A DNA stretch of 63,855 nt, filler included, from Collodictyon triciliatum (GCA_043381765.1; 8 parts of 8 records of this genome joined end to end with filler, not necessarily neighbours in it), one strand, 5' to 3'; shown: positions 39,288-53,426, counted from the whole stretch's first letter. A program made the numbers and translations. The notes: generated by a model from the letters alone, not told the origin.

Positions 39288-42200
39288 TTATTGCCTTGAA
39301 GCCACTAGTGCTTTCCACTCTGCAGTTTTCTCCTCGTTCTTCTCCACGACTAAACCTTGCTCGTATAGATGAGCCATCCACTCGGCTTGAAAACGCGTGC
39401 ACTTTCCAGCCTCGCAGAATCGAATGAAATCCTCATCGCTCGATATGGCCCCAAGAGAAAAAAGAATATGCTTATTGTCATCACCCAAGCACACGGTATT
39501 TTGAATATTGATATCTCCTCCAATAGTACGAATGTCCTTCCATTTCTCTTGGGAGCCGTCACTTTTAAGAGGCAAGTTCATCGAAAATCTCTTTGCATCA
39601 AAAACGCTGGTGAGTGATGCAAGCACTCTTTGCGGTTCGTCTCTAGACACCAAATCTACATCGCCGTTCACTACCAAATTGTCTTTGGATAATGTGTGCA
39701 ACAGTGTTTTGCTTTGAATGTCATAAATGAATATGTTATCTTTACTGTCCGCGATTAGAAACCAATTTTCTTTGTTGGGTCCACGAACGGTACACAAAAA
39801 TCCGCTTTTTGTCCATTCTTCGAACTCACAGCCACCTGATTCCATTACATCCCATATGCGAATCGAGTTGTCGCCACCACCAGATACTAAGAATTCCACA
39901 CTATTCGGGCCTTTGATTGGACAAACAGACTTAACGGAGCCAGTGTGGCCCTCCAGCATTTTTACTTGAGTTCCCGTCTCCAAGTCCCAGATTCTCACCT
40001 TCTTGTCATTACTTCCAGATGCCAACCAGCTCTCACCATTAGGCCCGCGAACTTGGCAAATGCTCCAAATATGGCCAGATGCCCCTTCAAGGATTGCAAT
40101 ATTTTCTCCGGTTTCAACGCTCCAGAGGCGAATCGTCTCGTCACTACTTCCCGACGCCAACCAGTTCTCACCATTTGGTCCGCTCACAGAGCAAATAGAC
40201 CAAATAAAATTGGTGTGGCCTTCAAAAACACGAACCCGGGTCTCGGAGACCAAATCCCAAAGAATGATTGTATTGTCTCTTCCACCAGATGCCATCAAGC
40301 TTTCTCCATCAGAACCTTTTACACTGCAAATACTAAAAACAGTGCTTTTATGTCCTTCAAGCGTTCTGATTTGGTTTGCGGTCGCAACATCCCAAAGCCG
40401 AATTGATTTCCCCTCACTTCCAGAAGCCAACCAGCTATCACCGTTTGGGCCCTTAATTCCGCACACAACAGTCACAGAGCTTGTGTGTCCTTGCAATGTA
40501 TTGATTTGGGTTCCGCTAACCACATCCCACAAGCGAATGACACGACCTTCACTACCTGATGCCAACCAACATTCTCCATCAGGGCCTGGAACATAACATA
40601 TACTACGTACTGCATTTGTATGACCCTCCAGAACCTTCACAACATCGCCAGTTGACAAATCCCAGATCCGAATGGTTTTGTCACCACTGGCAGATACCAG
40701 GCAGTGCTTCCCATCTGGCATAGGAATAGTACATACACACCTTATGGAATTTGTGTGCCCCTCCAACTTTCGAACAGGTAATCCCAAAATTATATGCTGC
40801 ATATTTGAGTGACTGAAATCACAATGGCCGAGGACTGAGTTTGATAAGTTGACTGAATCCAAATTAGCTTTTCCGAAATCCACACCGTCGAGGACCGAAC
40901 CACTCAAATTTGCCCGCGGGATTTTAATGTCGCGAAGATTCATCCCTCCAAATGACATATTCATGAAATTAAGAAAAGATATCGATATGGAGGCGCTTTC
41001 AGATTTGCTTTCATCTGAGCAAGATGCAGTGATTATCTCGTACAAGTATGAAAAAATCTCGAACGAATCCCAAACAGGCTGAAATGTCGCACTAGGAAGT
41101 GTTCTGGTTATAAAATCTTTCACAGATGTGAACTCAATAGGCTCCATGACGTTTCCAGTGTATTTGGAATGTAAAGATAACATCCTACAAGCACTGAAAG
41201 TCCTTGGGTGGACATGCCCAAGCTTTTCGATAAAAATTGACTTCATTTGCGTCCAAAATATCATGCACTCATCATACAAGCCCTTCTTGGCATACAATTC
41301 GTCAATTTCCATTGCTGATGACCACACCCCTGCATGCTCATAGGAGTATTTTTCTCCGAAAAGATGGATTAGTTTTCTGTTCAAATAAACTGCAACATCA
41401 GATTCGTTATGATGCAAGGACATCTTCTTTAGTTGCCCAATCTGAAGAAAATTATTGAATGACATGGGGGTGTTGGTTGTTATCCTAATCGTAGTAGACT
41501 CTTTCAAAAATTCAATAACTTGATCGACCCTACAATTTTTAAGTTTTGAAAAAAAATGAAAAATGAAAAATGAAAAATGAAAAATGAAAAATGAAAAATG
41601 AAAAATGAAAAATGAAAAATGAAAAATGAAAAATGAAAAATGAAAAAAAAAAAGAAAAGAAAAAAGAAAAGAAAAAAGAAAAGAAAAAAGAAAAGAAAAA
41701 AGAAAAGAAAAAAGAAAAGAAAAAAAGAAAAGAAAAGAAGAATGGAAATTACAAGTAATAGAATACCGTTTAAGCTCCATGTTTGTGCGTCCGATGTTTT
41801 CTAAAGCCGTAGCAACATCGGGGCTATGGACTCCTTGAGTTCTCTTACGAATATCCAACACTTTGGAATAGGCAGACAGGGCCTCGAGATACCTTATACG
41901 CAAGGATTCTGTTAAATAATTTTTCCCTTTATTCGATTCAAGGCCTGTTAGATCCATATATATATACTGAAAAATGAAAGAAGAAACAGGGTTTACTTTT
42001 TAGATTTATGGCTTAAATCTCCAATCCTTTCGAAACTCATGATGACTTTTGGGTGATTTTCTCCCACCGAATGCGCCATGATTTCAACAGTATTTTTAAA
42101 ATAGTCTATTGCAGTCTCCGTTCTGCACATGATATCTGGGGTCAATGGAAATGATAAATGATAGAAATCTTAGTGTTGTCGAAATGAAAACTTACTCGCC

Positions 42201-45200
42201 CATAGCTTCATGAATACCAGCGGCATCGAAGCATATGGAGCCGATTAACGGGTGAGCTTTCCCGAAAGAATCACGAGATAGTTCGAGAGCTTTGTTGATG
42301 TGCTCGAGAGACTTGGCGAAACTATATTCAAAAACAATAGCAAGGAGTTTAGGAAAGAGTATGTCGAACAATTTTAAAGTAAATGTATTTCCTACCTCTT
42401 CTTGGCCAGTTCAAATTTGGATATATTCAAATAACATGACGCAATGAGTGGATGGTCCTGGCCAAGAAATTTAAGGCGAATTTCAAGAGACTTCATGAAA
42501 TATGAATATGCTTCGTCGTACCTAAGTGTCAAGGTATGGTCGGTAAAAATGCGTAATTAAAATTGAGTTTTTCTTTCCAAAATCACTTACGATTGTCGAG
42601 CCAAATGCACGCTTCCGAGGTAATCGTAAGAGCCCGTCAAATTCAAACTCGCCTCTCCATATAATTTCATCCTCAAATCGTATCCTTTTTGAAGATGGAC
42701 AATAGCTTCATCGTTTCTATCAGTTTTCATTAGAAGCCTTTATCATTATTAATTACAGAAATCATAAATTATGAGCAAACTTGTTTTGTTTGTAGAGTAC
42801 GAATCCGAGTTCATCATAAATTTCGGCTAATTCTTCATCCTCCTCGATTATGCTGTGCAGTTTAACCTCCAAGCATTTAGAGAGCCATCTAATTGACTCT
42901 TCCCAACTATATTAAATGAAACTATTAGTGATATTGAAGGAGCATGAATAGATTTCAATTTTATGTGCTTAGTATTGCATCAGAAGGAAAAAATCATACT
43001 TTAGCATATTTTTATATACTCGAGCCAGTTTCAAGAAATCCAAGCTCTTTTCATCTCCATATGTTCTCTTTGATATCCTGTGGGAAAGGATAGTAATAAG
43101 AAAGGAATTCTCATACGACTCCAAGAAGAAATCGACCAGTAAGTCTCCCACTTCATTCAGTGATTTTACCAAAGATCTATAAATTTCTTTGTAATTTCCA
43201 ACACCCTTTTCATGTAACACTCTCCAGTAATTGAAAAATTCGTATTTGTGTCTCCCACGAAGCATCTTGGTTACAACATATTCTTTCTGAAGATACTCTA
43301 AGAGGGTCTCGAAGCATCCACCCGAGCACAATTGGAAACATATCTCGGCAACAACTTCATCAACATCCTCATTCTCAGAATATTGGCCCACGAGCCACAT
43401 GCCATACTCCTTTTGAGCCTCTGATTTTGAAATTGACTCTGAAAAAAACACCTGCTGAACAGTTTGCATTAAGAGATGGTGAAAATACATGTATCGACCA
43501 TTCCTTACAAACAAGGACTCAGTTAGTGTAAAAAAGAATGATTTCCATGAGGCCATGGCCAATTTAACACCAATGGTATCCTGAAGGAACTTATCAAGTT
43601 CACTTTCGCTCAGACCAATACGTGAGATATATAGCACTTTCATGGAAAGGTCGACTATGAGCGACCCAGGCGAGTTGTACTTTATCTGCCATCGATTTAT
43701 TATCATCGTATATAACTCCAGTACTCCGTTGGTTTCCAGTAAAACCTTCAATTCTTCATTTAAATTCTCAAAAATCCCATAGACTCTAACCTCCTCCAAT
43801 ATAAGTCGCAGGTACAAAGGGTGCCCTGTATCCTCAATATCATCCAAAATCATATTCAATTGCCCGTCGCTTAATTTTTTGTCGAAACGTCCCAGATACG
43901 ATATAATGCCTTGCTTAATTTCCACATATTCAAGCTTGGTAACAGGTATGTATTCCATTTGACTGCCTTGGATGGAATGAAACGAAGCATGTGTGTCTAT
44001 AGTTGATACAACGAAAGCTGCATTCTTTGGTGTTTTCTTTGGTAACCAAGTGAGCAGGTGAGGGGAAGCAGTCTCTTGTGAAGGTTGTAGCTGATTGATT
44101 GCATCGATTAGAAATACATAATCCTGACCTTTCTTTTTGAACTCGATGTATTTCATCAGCCCATGCAAGGCTTCCTTTTGAAACTCGAGATTATTTTTTG
44201 TCTTTGATTTTCTGGAAACCTGTCTCTCTTTTTTTAGGACGATATTCCAAAATCGTACTGATAAACTTTCCACATAGTTGCTCATGTTTGTGCAGCCAAC
44301 AAAATGATAAATTACATGTAAATTTTTCTTTTTTGACCTCTCTAATAGCTTGACTGTTGCGGCCATGAGCGATGACTTTCCCATGCCCGATTGAGATGCA
44401 AGAACGATTATTTGTTTATCAGGAAATTCTAGTTGTTCATTAATTCGAGTATAGACTTGATTCAAAATACTTTCTCGTCCCTCGAAACCAATCAATCTCT
44501 GCTTCATAAATTGGAAATGCGCCTCTTCTTCTTCGTTTTCATGAATCTGTCTACGGGAGAAGTCCTTTTCAATAGCATAAGATAGATGAGATGTAACCGT
44601 ATCTGAAAATTCGGCTGCTCCTTTGTACACATATGCTGTAAATTTCTCTTTAATTTTGGTCTTTAGCCTTTCTTGCTTTCCGGCACTTTCGTCATTTTCT
44701 GCCTTGAATAAAACCTTCTCCTGTTCATTTTTTGCATTTGCAAGAGCATATTCTTCGTCCCGAAAGTAGAAAAACACCCGACTGCAGAATGGTTTTTCTA
44801 TCAACGCGGCGCATTGAATCTATGATACAGGTCTTATTGACTGGCTGCATTATGATACCACAGCTTATTTATTTTCAATTTTTTTTTTTTATGAAAAAGT
44901 ATCCTGCGATTCTAACCTCATATTCGGTCACGCTAAGCCCAGGAAGACTTGATAAAAAAGGAAACATTTTGTTTGTTTCCGGGTGCCATTGGTTCGGATC
45001 GGACTGGTCGGGTATCCATCCGTACCGTGAACCCAAGTGACAAACAAAATAAGGACACTTTTTGATAGAATCACAGCACCTGATTACCACCTACAAAGTT
45101 CATAAAAAATTTTAATTTCTTTTTGCAAGATGTGTTTGTGTAGTTTATTTTACCCATCCATCACTACTTTCGTGATGCGTCAGTCCCCAACGTAAATCGA

Positions 45201-47342
45201 TAAAGACTAAATCGACGCCTTTTTCTCTAGACATATTCTTTAATCTGTGTTGCAGGTTTCTTAGGTTAATATCAATTTAAGCTGTTTAGTGTAGATCAAA
45301 TCAAAAATTTAATTTTGAAAAGTATAGACATATATATATATATATATTCTTACTCTACGACGCCATATTGAAAAAACCGGTTTCTTTCTGCTTGCATATC
45401 ACGAAAAGTAGATGACAGAAATATCCTCAAGACACCCTGCTCTACAACAGCCATGTCTAAAGGTTTTGCAGTTTTGTATTTCTGAGGTGGCAAAGTCCAC
45501 TTTCTGACCTTGGCCTCTTTTTCTTCTTTCTGCTCAGCTAAAACGCGATCCTTTATCATGCAAGATCCGAGTAGCAAGACAAAGGCCTTTTCATTGGCAT
45601 CCATATGCTTGAAGAAAAATGGAATTCTGAGTTCAGAAAAAATCTCCTTGGATACCTCGAGCATAGACTCGGCTGAAACCTTTTTTTTTTTTTTTTTTTT
45701 TGTATATTAGTACTAATAGACTGTAAATATCTTGTTAGTTTTTTTTTTTAATTATTCTCCACAACTAAATAATAAAACCAACGTTCATATTTTCCTTTCC
45801 GATACTCCTACAAAGCAGAACCCAGATAACTTGATATGCTATGTTATCCGATGCAAGTCCTCCCGAAAATTGAAATGCTGTCTCTCTCATCTCAACGCTG
45901 ACAAAGTCACTCAGCCATTCACGAATTCTTCGATTATTCTCTCTAATCCAGGACGACTTTGAGATAGGTTCATCACTGCAAGATAATTCCTTTTTTTAAT
46001 AATATTTACTTAAAAATGTAATGTATTTAGAGAATAATCATGAAATTTTACACATATAGACGAGATCGGTAATCTGCTATCGGTTTTCCTGTGACTACTT
46101 CGATCAGGACAATGAGGATGAAGCCATCCTCGAGGTCAGTCTCCATATCTTTTGCCTTCAGGTCAATCTTGGACAGATGAAAATTAATCCAATCTAGGAT
46201 AGCCTTTGAAGCAAAAACGAAATTTAGGAACACAGCTCCTAGTAAATAAGCTATTTTATGTTATAAGCATAGCCTATACAAATGTATCATGCAATACAAA
46301 CCTCATTCTCAATAATAGACTTTGGTTTGTTTATAACAGACATGCGCCTTGGAGAGTCCAAAAGACCACTAGAATTCTGACGGGGCATTTCACTAAGCAT
46401 CATGACTCTGGTAACGGGTGAATCCCAGTCCCCAGATGGGCTTGTTGCGTCAGGGCTGGCTTCCAGTATGCTCGAATTATGATGCTGTAATTGCTGGGTC
46501 TGTTCCGGCGCTCTGACATTTGGGTGAGCTCTTGTGCGAGAGAACCTTGAGCCACCTCCGCACATTTTCAGAGAAATCACCAAGCGAGGCTTTTTATTAT
46601 CCATTATTCGGATTATAAAAGAAAATTCATTGGCATGGTCGACAACGAATTTCATAGGATTATCCCCATCCAACTTCAATGAAATGAAAATATCATCCAC
46701 AGTGGTTAATTGTTCTGTAGCCTTGTCGAAAAGAAAAAATGAGACTAAACTATTTTCTCTTTCGACACAAAACACTATTTGATCAGTGGTTTCCACAGGT
46801 GTCTTTGAAATCCAATCATTAGTTCTGTGTGCTGCTTGTAATTGGGCACGATAATGTTCCAAAATATTGATTGATGCATTTCTCGGGTTTGGAGAATCTA
46901 TTTTATATAATCAAATGAATTGGTCGAGTACACAAGCGACAGATAGAGAATTAGGATCATTCTGATGTAGGAAAGAGTGATACTCAGAAAAAAAGTTAAA
47001 AATCATTTGGTACTTTCATTTGAATATGTCCGTGAAGTTTGACTTTATCAACACGAATATACGATGATTATTTTAACATGCATCAGTACCGTTGGGAGTG
47101 ATGACTTCATCTTGACAGATACGAATAATGTTGATGGATAGACTTTCGTTCTCATGTAATCCTTTTCGTATTTTCAAAAGAGATTGATTTTAATTGTAGG
47201 TGTGAATTCTGCCCTTTTATGTAGTATTTTACTTTCAAACTGATGTGTTTAATCAAAGTAACCAGTATAAACATAACACATCCTACTCACCCCTTGCAAA
47301 TTCAATAAGGAGAGGATATAACCGGATTGTGCGCATATACAT
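39288..47342 (-). CDS. (Unknown N-terminus)-CH-DUF4062-NACHT-TPR-pentapeptide-WD40-Sel1-like protein (paralog C); start codon tentative
   Basis: CH-like AILDWINFHL..DMETDLEDGFILIVLIEVVTGKPI..REN..YQVIWVLL; DUF4062 LRIFLSSTFRDMQAER..IDLRWG..GSRYGWIP..SVTEYE; Walker A ASQSGMGKSS, Walker B YVFLIDAINQL; six 126-nt TPR exons (42907-41768); last exon 41529-39288 with pentapeptide repeats, ~7-8 WD40 repeats and C-terminal AHLYEQGLVVEKNEEKTAEW. Confidence 0.9.
41909..41953 (-). mobile_element. Micro-retroposon copy 8 with ~9-bp TSD (1 mismatch)
   Basis: ctgttaaat + aatttttccctttattcgattcaaggc + ctgttagat; intronic. Confidence 0.7.
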
Positions 47343-47781
47343 GTTCTCACACAGCCAGTCATACTTATAATGGAAAAAACTTTTTACTTCAAATGATAAC
47401 TCGTGTGTGGATATTACTAGTAGTTCTAAATGGAGTATATATGAATATGTTGTAAGCTAAACCAAAATCATACATATCCGTGCTTTGCAGTCACGAGGGC
47501 ATCGCCAGTGCAGCACCCAATATTATTTCCATCGTATTGTGACTAAGCACATGCATACATTATTATTGAGCAAAAAAAGAAAAAGAAAAAGAGAGAAGAA
47601 AAAGAGAGAAGAAAAAGAGAGAAGAAAAAGAGAGAAGAAAAAGAGAGAAGAAAAAGAGAGAAGAAAAAGAGAGAAGAAAAANNNNNNNNNNNNNNNNNNN
47701 NNNNNNNNNNNNNNNNNNNNNNNNNTTAATTAATTAANNNNNNNNNNNNNNNNNNNNNNNNNNNNNNNNNNNNNNNNNNNN

Positions 47782-49093
47782 CATGCAGCCGAAAGGGTTT
47801 TGGCAAATTGGGATGTGGAAACTCATCACCAAACTGTGTGCAGACTTCAAAACACAGTTGCAACAAAGAACAATCCCACGACCACCTCCAAACACACCCG
47901 AGCCTTTGCTCTCGCGTTGGCAGATTCTGTATACTCACTGCGAAATGACAATACCCCTGAACGAGCCATTGGCAGCAGGACAAATATGCTGGGACAACCA
48001 GAAAGGCTTCTGCATCATCAAACAGATTCACGAAGGTAACGCGGCCACCATCAGAGAAATCTCATTCAAAGAAGATGGCTCATACATCACAACGCCAGGC
48101 TCCATCGTATTCCGCACACAAGATGCACAGCCAACCACAGCCGTCCTGAATAACAAAGGAAAATGGCGCTCACGCAGACCAATCTCATACGACATCCCGT
48201 CGCCATTCTTCTTCCGCCTCAAGAACGAACGCTCGTCTAACGGTGCGCAGTCTATGCAGTTCTCGATGGCTATGGCCTACTCCAAATTCTTTCGATACAA
48301 AATATCGCCGCCGACACCCTACAAAAAGTCAAAACATCAACGATGGGGAGAAACACTGGGCATCACCCACAAACCCCGCTCACCGCGAGCTGGAGACAAG
48401 CACGAATCTCACAAGTCCTTCTAAATCACCGCTCTCTAATGCATAATATCACCAATAGGGAGCTATGGATAGGCACACGCGCGGCAAAAGCTGGCAAAGT
48501 CTCCCAACAATGCACACTTTGCAGCAACGGTGACGAATCCATTGAGCACACATTTTTGCAACGTCCCTTCGCTCAAAACCTGCTCGAAACAGTCGGTGAG
48601 ATTCTTCGACTGACACTCAAGACGGCTGCAACTGTTGGCCCAATCCAGGCGATATTTGGGCCTCTGCAACAGCTGCGTCCAGAGGCAAAACCACTCTGGG
48701 CAGTGACGGGAGACCATTTTCTATGGACTATGTGTATAGCGCGCATATACCCACGCAAAGCAAGACTCAACAACCAGCCACCCATTACTGATAATAGACT
48801 GAATGACTTCATTCAAATCTCTTTTCTCAATAGCTTTCTTCGCCACCTGCACGTTCTCTACTACTCCGACCTTGTGAGAAGAGACATGTGGAAAGAAGCT
48901 GAGAAGGAGATTAAACCTCGCCTTGTATGTCTCATGCAGGCGCAAGACCCAGGGTACAGGCCAAACCGCAGGATGCAATTCCTGATTACCGACTAGTTCT
49001 CCACCACTCGGCCAGCAAGTAGCGTCCATACAAACAGTGGCTAGCGAACCGGCCAGCAGCACCATCCTGCACAACGTTGAAAGGAAGAAAAAA
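47782..49093 (+). mobile_element. 3' part of an L1/Tx1-like non-LTR retrotransposon ORF2 (frameshifted, defective)
   Basis: Intronless, higher GC, C/A-rich sense strand; overlapping ORFs 47783-48424 and 48343-48996 imply a frameshift; zf-RVT-like LMHN..TNRELW..CTLCSNGDESIEHTFLQRPF (last Cys replaced) and downstream LW..R..R..RLN motif; ends in A-rich gaaaggaagaaaaaa. Confidence 0.8.
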
Positions 49094-49692
49094 TCGTTAC
49101 ATTTATAAGTGGTGAGGCTCTCATCACTCCCTAGTGCGACTGGTGGAAGGGAAACGGGGTGCAGTCTACTTTGTCATAGTGACCATATTTGTTAAATATC
49201 TGTTATTCATAGCACTTTGTAGAACTGAGGAATTAATTTTCATCTTTCGCCGAAATCCAAACGAATGAGATAACAGCCGAATCTCATGCACAGGTTTAAG
49301 AGATTCCGTGTCCGTGGCCCTCACCGGTGAGCGTTGAAATTACCCAAATTCCCTCGTCAGTTCACCGGATGGCGCTAAATGTGACATTTAAATTTCAACA
49401 TATCTACTTTGATACTATAAATCTCGATTTTTGGATTTTTACTGGAATTACAAACCTTTAGGTATTTATTGAATTCCAGAGTTACCCTTACGCCTAGTAA
49501 TCAAGTGCAATTCTCGTGACCTCACAATGGCCGTTGTCCCCTTAACTGAATGTCACGCTTGTGCCGCACTTAGTAGAAGATATAATTACTCTATTTCAAA
49601 TATATCATATTACTCTTACTGTCGGTGCATAGAAATTTTAATACTGAAGCATATCACATTCCATTCAGGTCACTCTGAAACTCTAACATTCA

Positions 49693-50788
49693 ATGGGACC
49701 TCTCATGGTAACCTCTCGGAGTATGGTGTTCCTTGCGATAGTGGCAATTTACTATCTATCCTTGAGCAAAGATAATGGTTACGTTCCAAGGGCGCTTATA
49801 CCTTCAACATATAATCACACTCATTCTTATCAAAGGTTGAAAAGGTCACCGTTCAAAGATAGTTTGGACGAAGTTGATACTAGTTTCCCTCGGTTTTCTG
49901 ACGAAGAACTTATCGATTCAGTTACTAGTTGCTCTCCAGAATTCCCTACGAATTTGTTCTACAATAGAATACCAAAATGTGGTTCTTCTTCAATACAATA
50001 CTATGTAGATGAAAACGTGAAATTGGCGAACGCTAAGGGCAGACCATACGAACATATTTCTTATTTATTTAGGCATGAATTCAACGACTTAAGAATTAAT
50101 AGGTTACCCGGAGAATTCTTTAACCCCATGGAAGTGAAAAAACTTCGAGATCATATTAAAAAGCATTCTCCAGGTTTTTTTGACAGTCATACTGCTTACA
50201 TGTCATTCCTCCCGTTGAACGCTCATGCTTCTGCAGACGGAAAGGGAGATATGTCATACATCAACATACTAAGGGAGCCGTTATCAAGGCTTATATCCTG
50301 GAAACATTTTTCGTGTGCAAGCGTGCATCCAGAATGTGAAGTTCCAATGGAACAACTTCTGCACCTGACGAAAAATTATCAGTTAGTGTTTCTATGTGGG
50401 CACCAGGTCGAATGTATGGAAAGGGATGAAACATCTGCATATATTGCCAAAGTACGAATGGCCTTCACGTACAGCCTAGTTGGTCTAACAGAAAACCTTA
50501 ATGATACTACTCGTTTGTTGCAAGCGCTCTTTCCGTCATTTTTTATGAAGGTAAAATTAATCATTACAATTCCAACTCCAGGGTTTACATTTTTTTAATA
50601 GAATAGAAATCTCTATAAGTATTTTATATATTTTTTTAGCCGTATGATGGACTTCGCTTCAACACCAGGACAAAATCAGCTCAGAATGTTCATATAACAG
50701 AGGCCTTTGTTGAGAAGTTCAGATTAGTACACAAACATGACATTGCTGTGTACGAATTTGCAAAGAAATTGTTCAGGAAAAAAATGTC
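49693..50788 (+). CDS. Golgi type II membrane sulfotransferase, HS2ST/uronyl 2-sulfotransferase-like; 3' end runs into gap
   Basis: N-terminal TM (MVFLAIVAIYYLSL); 5'-PSB motif LFYNRIPKCGSSS; 3'-PB motif YINILREPLSRLISW; YSLVGLTENL; exon 2 from 50640 ends HDIAVYEFAKKLF. Confidence 0.85.
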
Positions 50789-51630
50789 NNNNNNNNNNNN
50801 NNNNNNNNNNNNNNNNNNNNNNNNNNNNNNNNNNNNNNNNNNNNNNNNNNNNNNNNNNNNNNNNNNNNNNNNNNNNNNNNNNNNNNNNNNNNNNNNNNNN
50901 NNNNNNNNNNNNNNNNNNNNNNNNNNNNNNNNNNNNNNNNNNNNNNNNNNNNNNNNNNNNNNNNNNNNNNNNNNNNNNNNNNNNNNNNNNNNNNNNNNNN
51001 NNNNNNNNNNNNNNNNNNNNNNNNNNNNNNNNNNNNNNNNNNNNNNNNNNNNNNNNNNNNNNNNNNNNNNNNNNNNNNNNNNNNNNNNNNNNNNNNNNNN
51101 NNNNNNNNNNNNNNNNNNNNNNNNNNNNNNNNNNNNNNNNNNNNNNNNNNNNNNNNNNNNNNNNNNNNNNNNNNNNNNNNNNNNNNNNNNNNNNNNNNNN
51201 NNNNNNNNNNNNNNNNNNNNNNNNNNNNNNNNNNNNNNNNNNNNNNNNNNNNNNNNNNNNNNNNNNNNNNNNNNNNNNNNNNNNNNNNNNNNNNNNNNNN
51301 NNNNNNNNNNNNNNNNNNNNNNNNNNNNNNNNNNNNNNNNNNNNNNNNNNNNNNNNNNNNNNNNNNNNNNNNNNNNNNNNNNNNNNNNNNNNNNNNNNNN
51401 NNNNNNNNNNNNNNNNNNNNNNNNNNNNNNNNNNNNNNNNNNNNNNNNNNNNNNNNNNNNNNNNNNNNNNNNNNNNNNNNNNNNNNNNNNNNNNNNNNNN
51501 NNNNNNNNNNNNNNNNNNNNNNNNNNNNNNNNNNNNNNNNNNNNNNNNNNNNNNNNNNNNNNNNNNNNNNNNNNNNNNNNNNNNNNNNNNNNNNNNNNNN
51601 NNNNNNNNNNNNNNNNNTTTTTTTTAATAG

Positions 51631-52982
<1,352 letters not shown>

Positions 52983-53342
52983 AAGAACCCCTTTAATTGA
53001 TGATTAATGTGACGGGTCTCTCCTTGAAAGAAGAAGAAAAAAAAAAACGAAGGAAAAAACGAAGGAAAATTCACACTTGTGCTCCTGCTTCTGAAAATTT
53101 TTTTTCTATGTTAATGCGAAGGCCTATTTGCGTTGCCATAGTCTTTTTTATTACTTTTTTTTTTTTTAATAATATTATTATTATCATTACTCTCATTCCG
53201 TTTCAAATGTTTTTTTCTCAACAAGAAAAGATTTTGTTACTGAGGAAGCCCAAAAAAAAGTTGCCTTTTGGTGTGGAAACTGCTTTGCAGACCCGGCCAC
53301 TGCCTTTTCTTTTCTTTTTTTTTTTTTTATCATTTTTATCAG

Positions 53343-53343
<1 letters not shown>

Positions 53344-53426
<83 letters not shown>
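53344..53426. repeat. (ATT)n microsatellite
   Basis: Direct inspection. Confidence 0.95.

Noticed and set aside
39350-41458. Antisense and alternative-frame ORFs over WD40 exons (also 19180-19728)
   Set aside because: Shadow ORFs of a repetitive coding strand.
41530-41957. N-terminal part of the 889-aa ORF as a real protein start
   Set aside because: The ORF reads through a stop-free microsatellite intron (41530-41767) and starts inside another intron; the real exons are a 126-nt TPR exon and the terminal exon.
9578-47342. Physical cluster or immune island of three NLR-like genes
   Set aside because: The genes lie on different linker-separated contigs that appear ordered by length, so adjacency is probably artificial.
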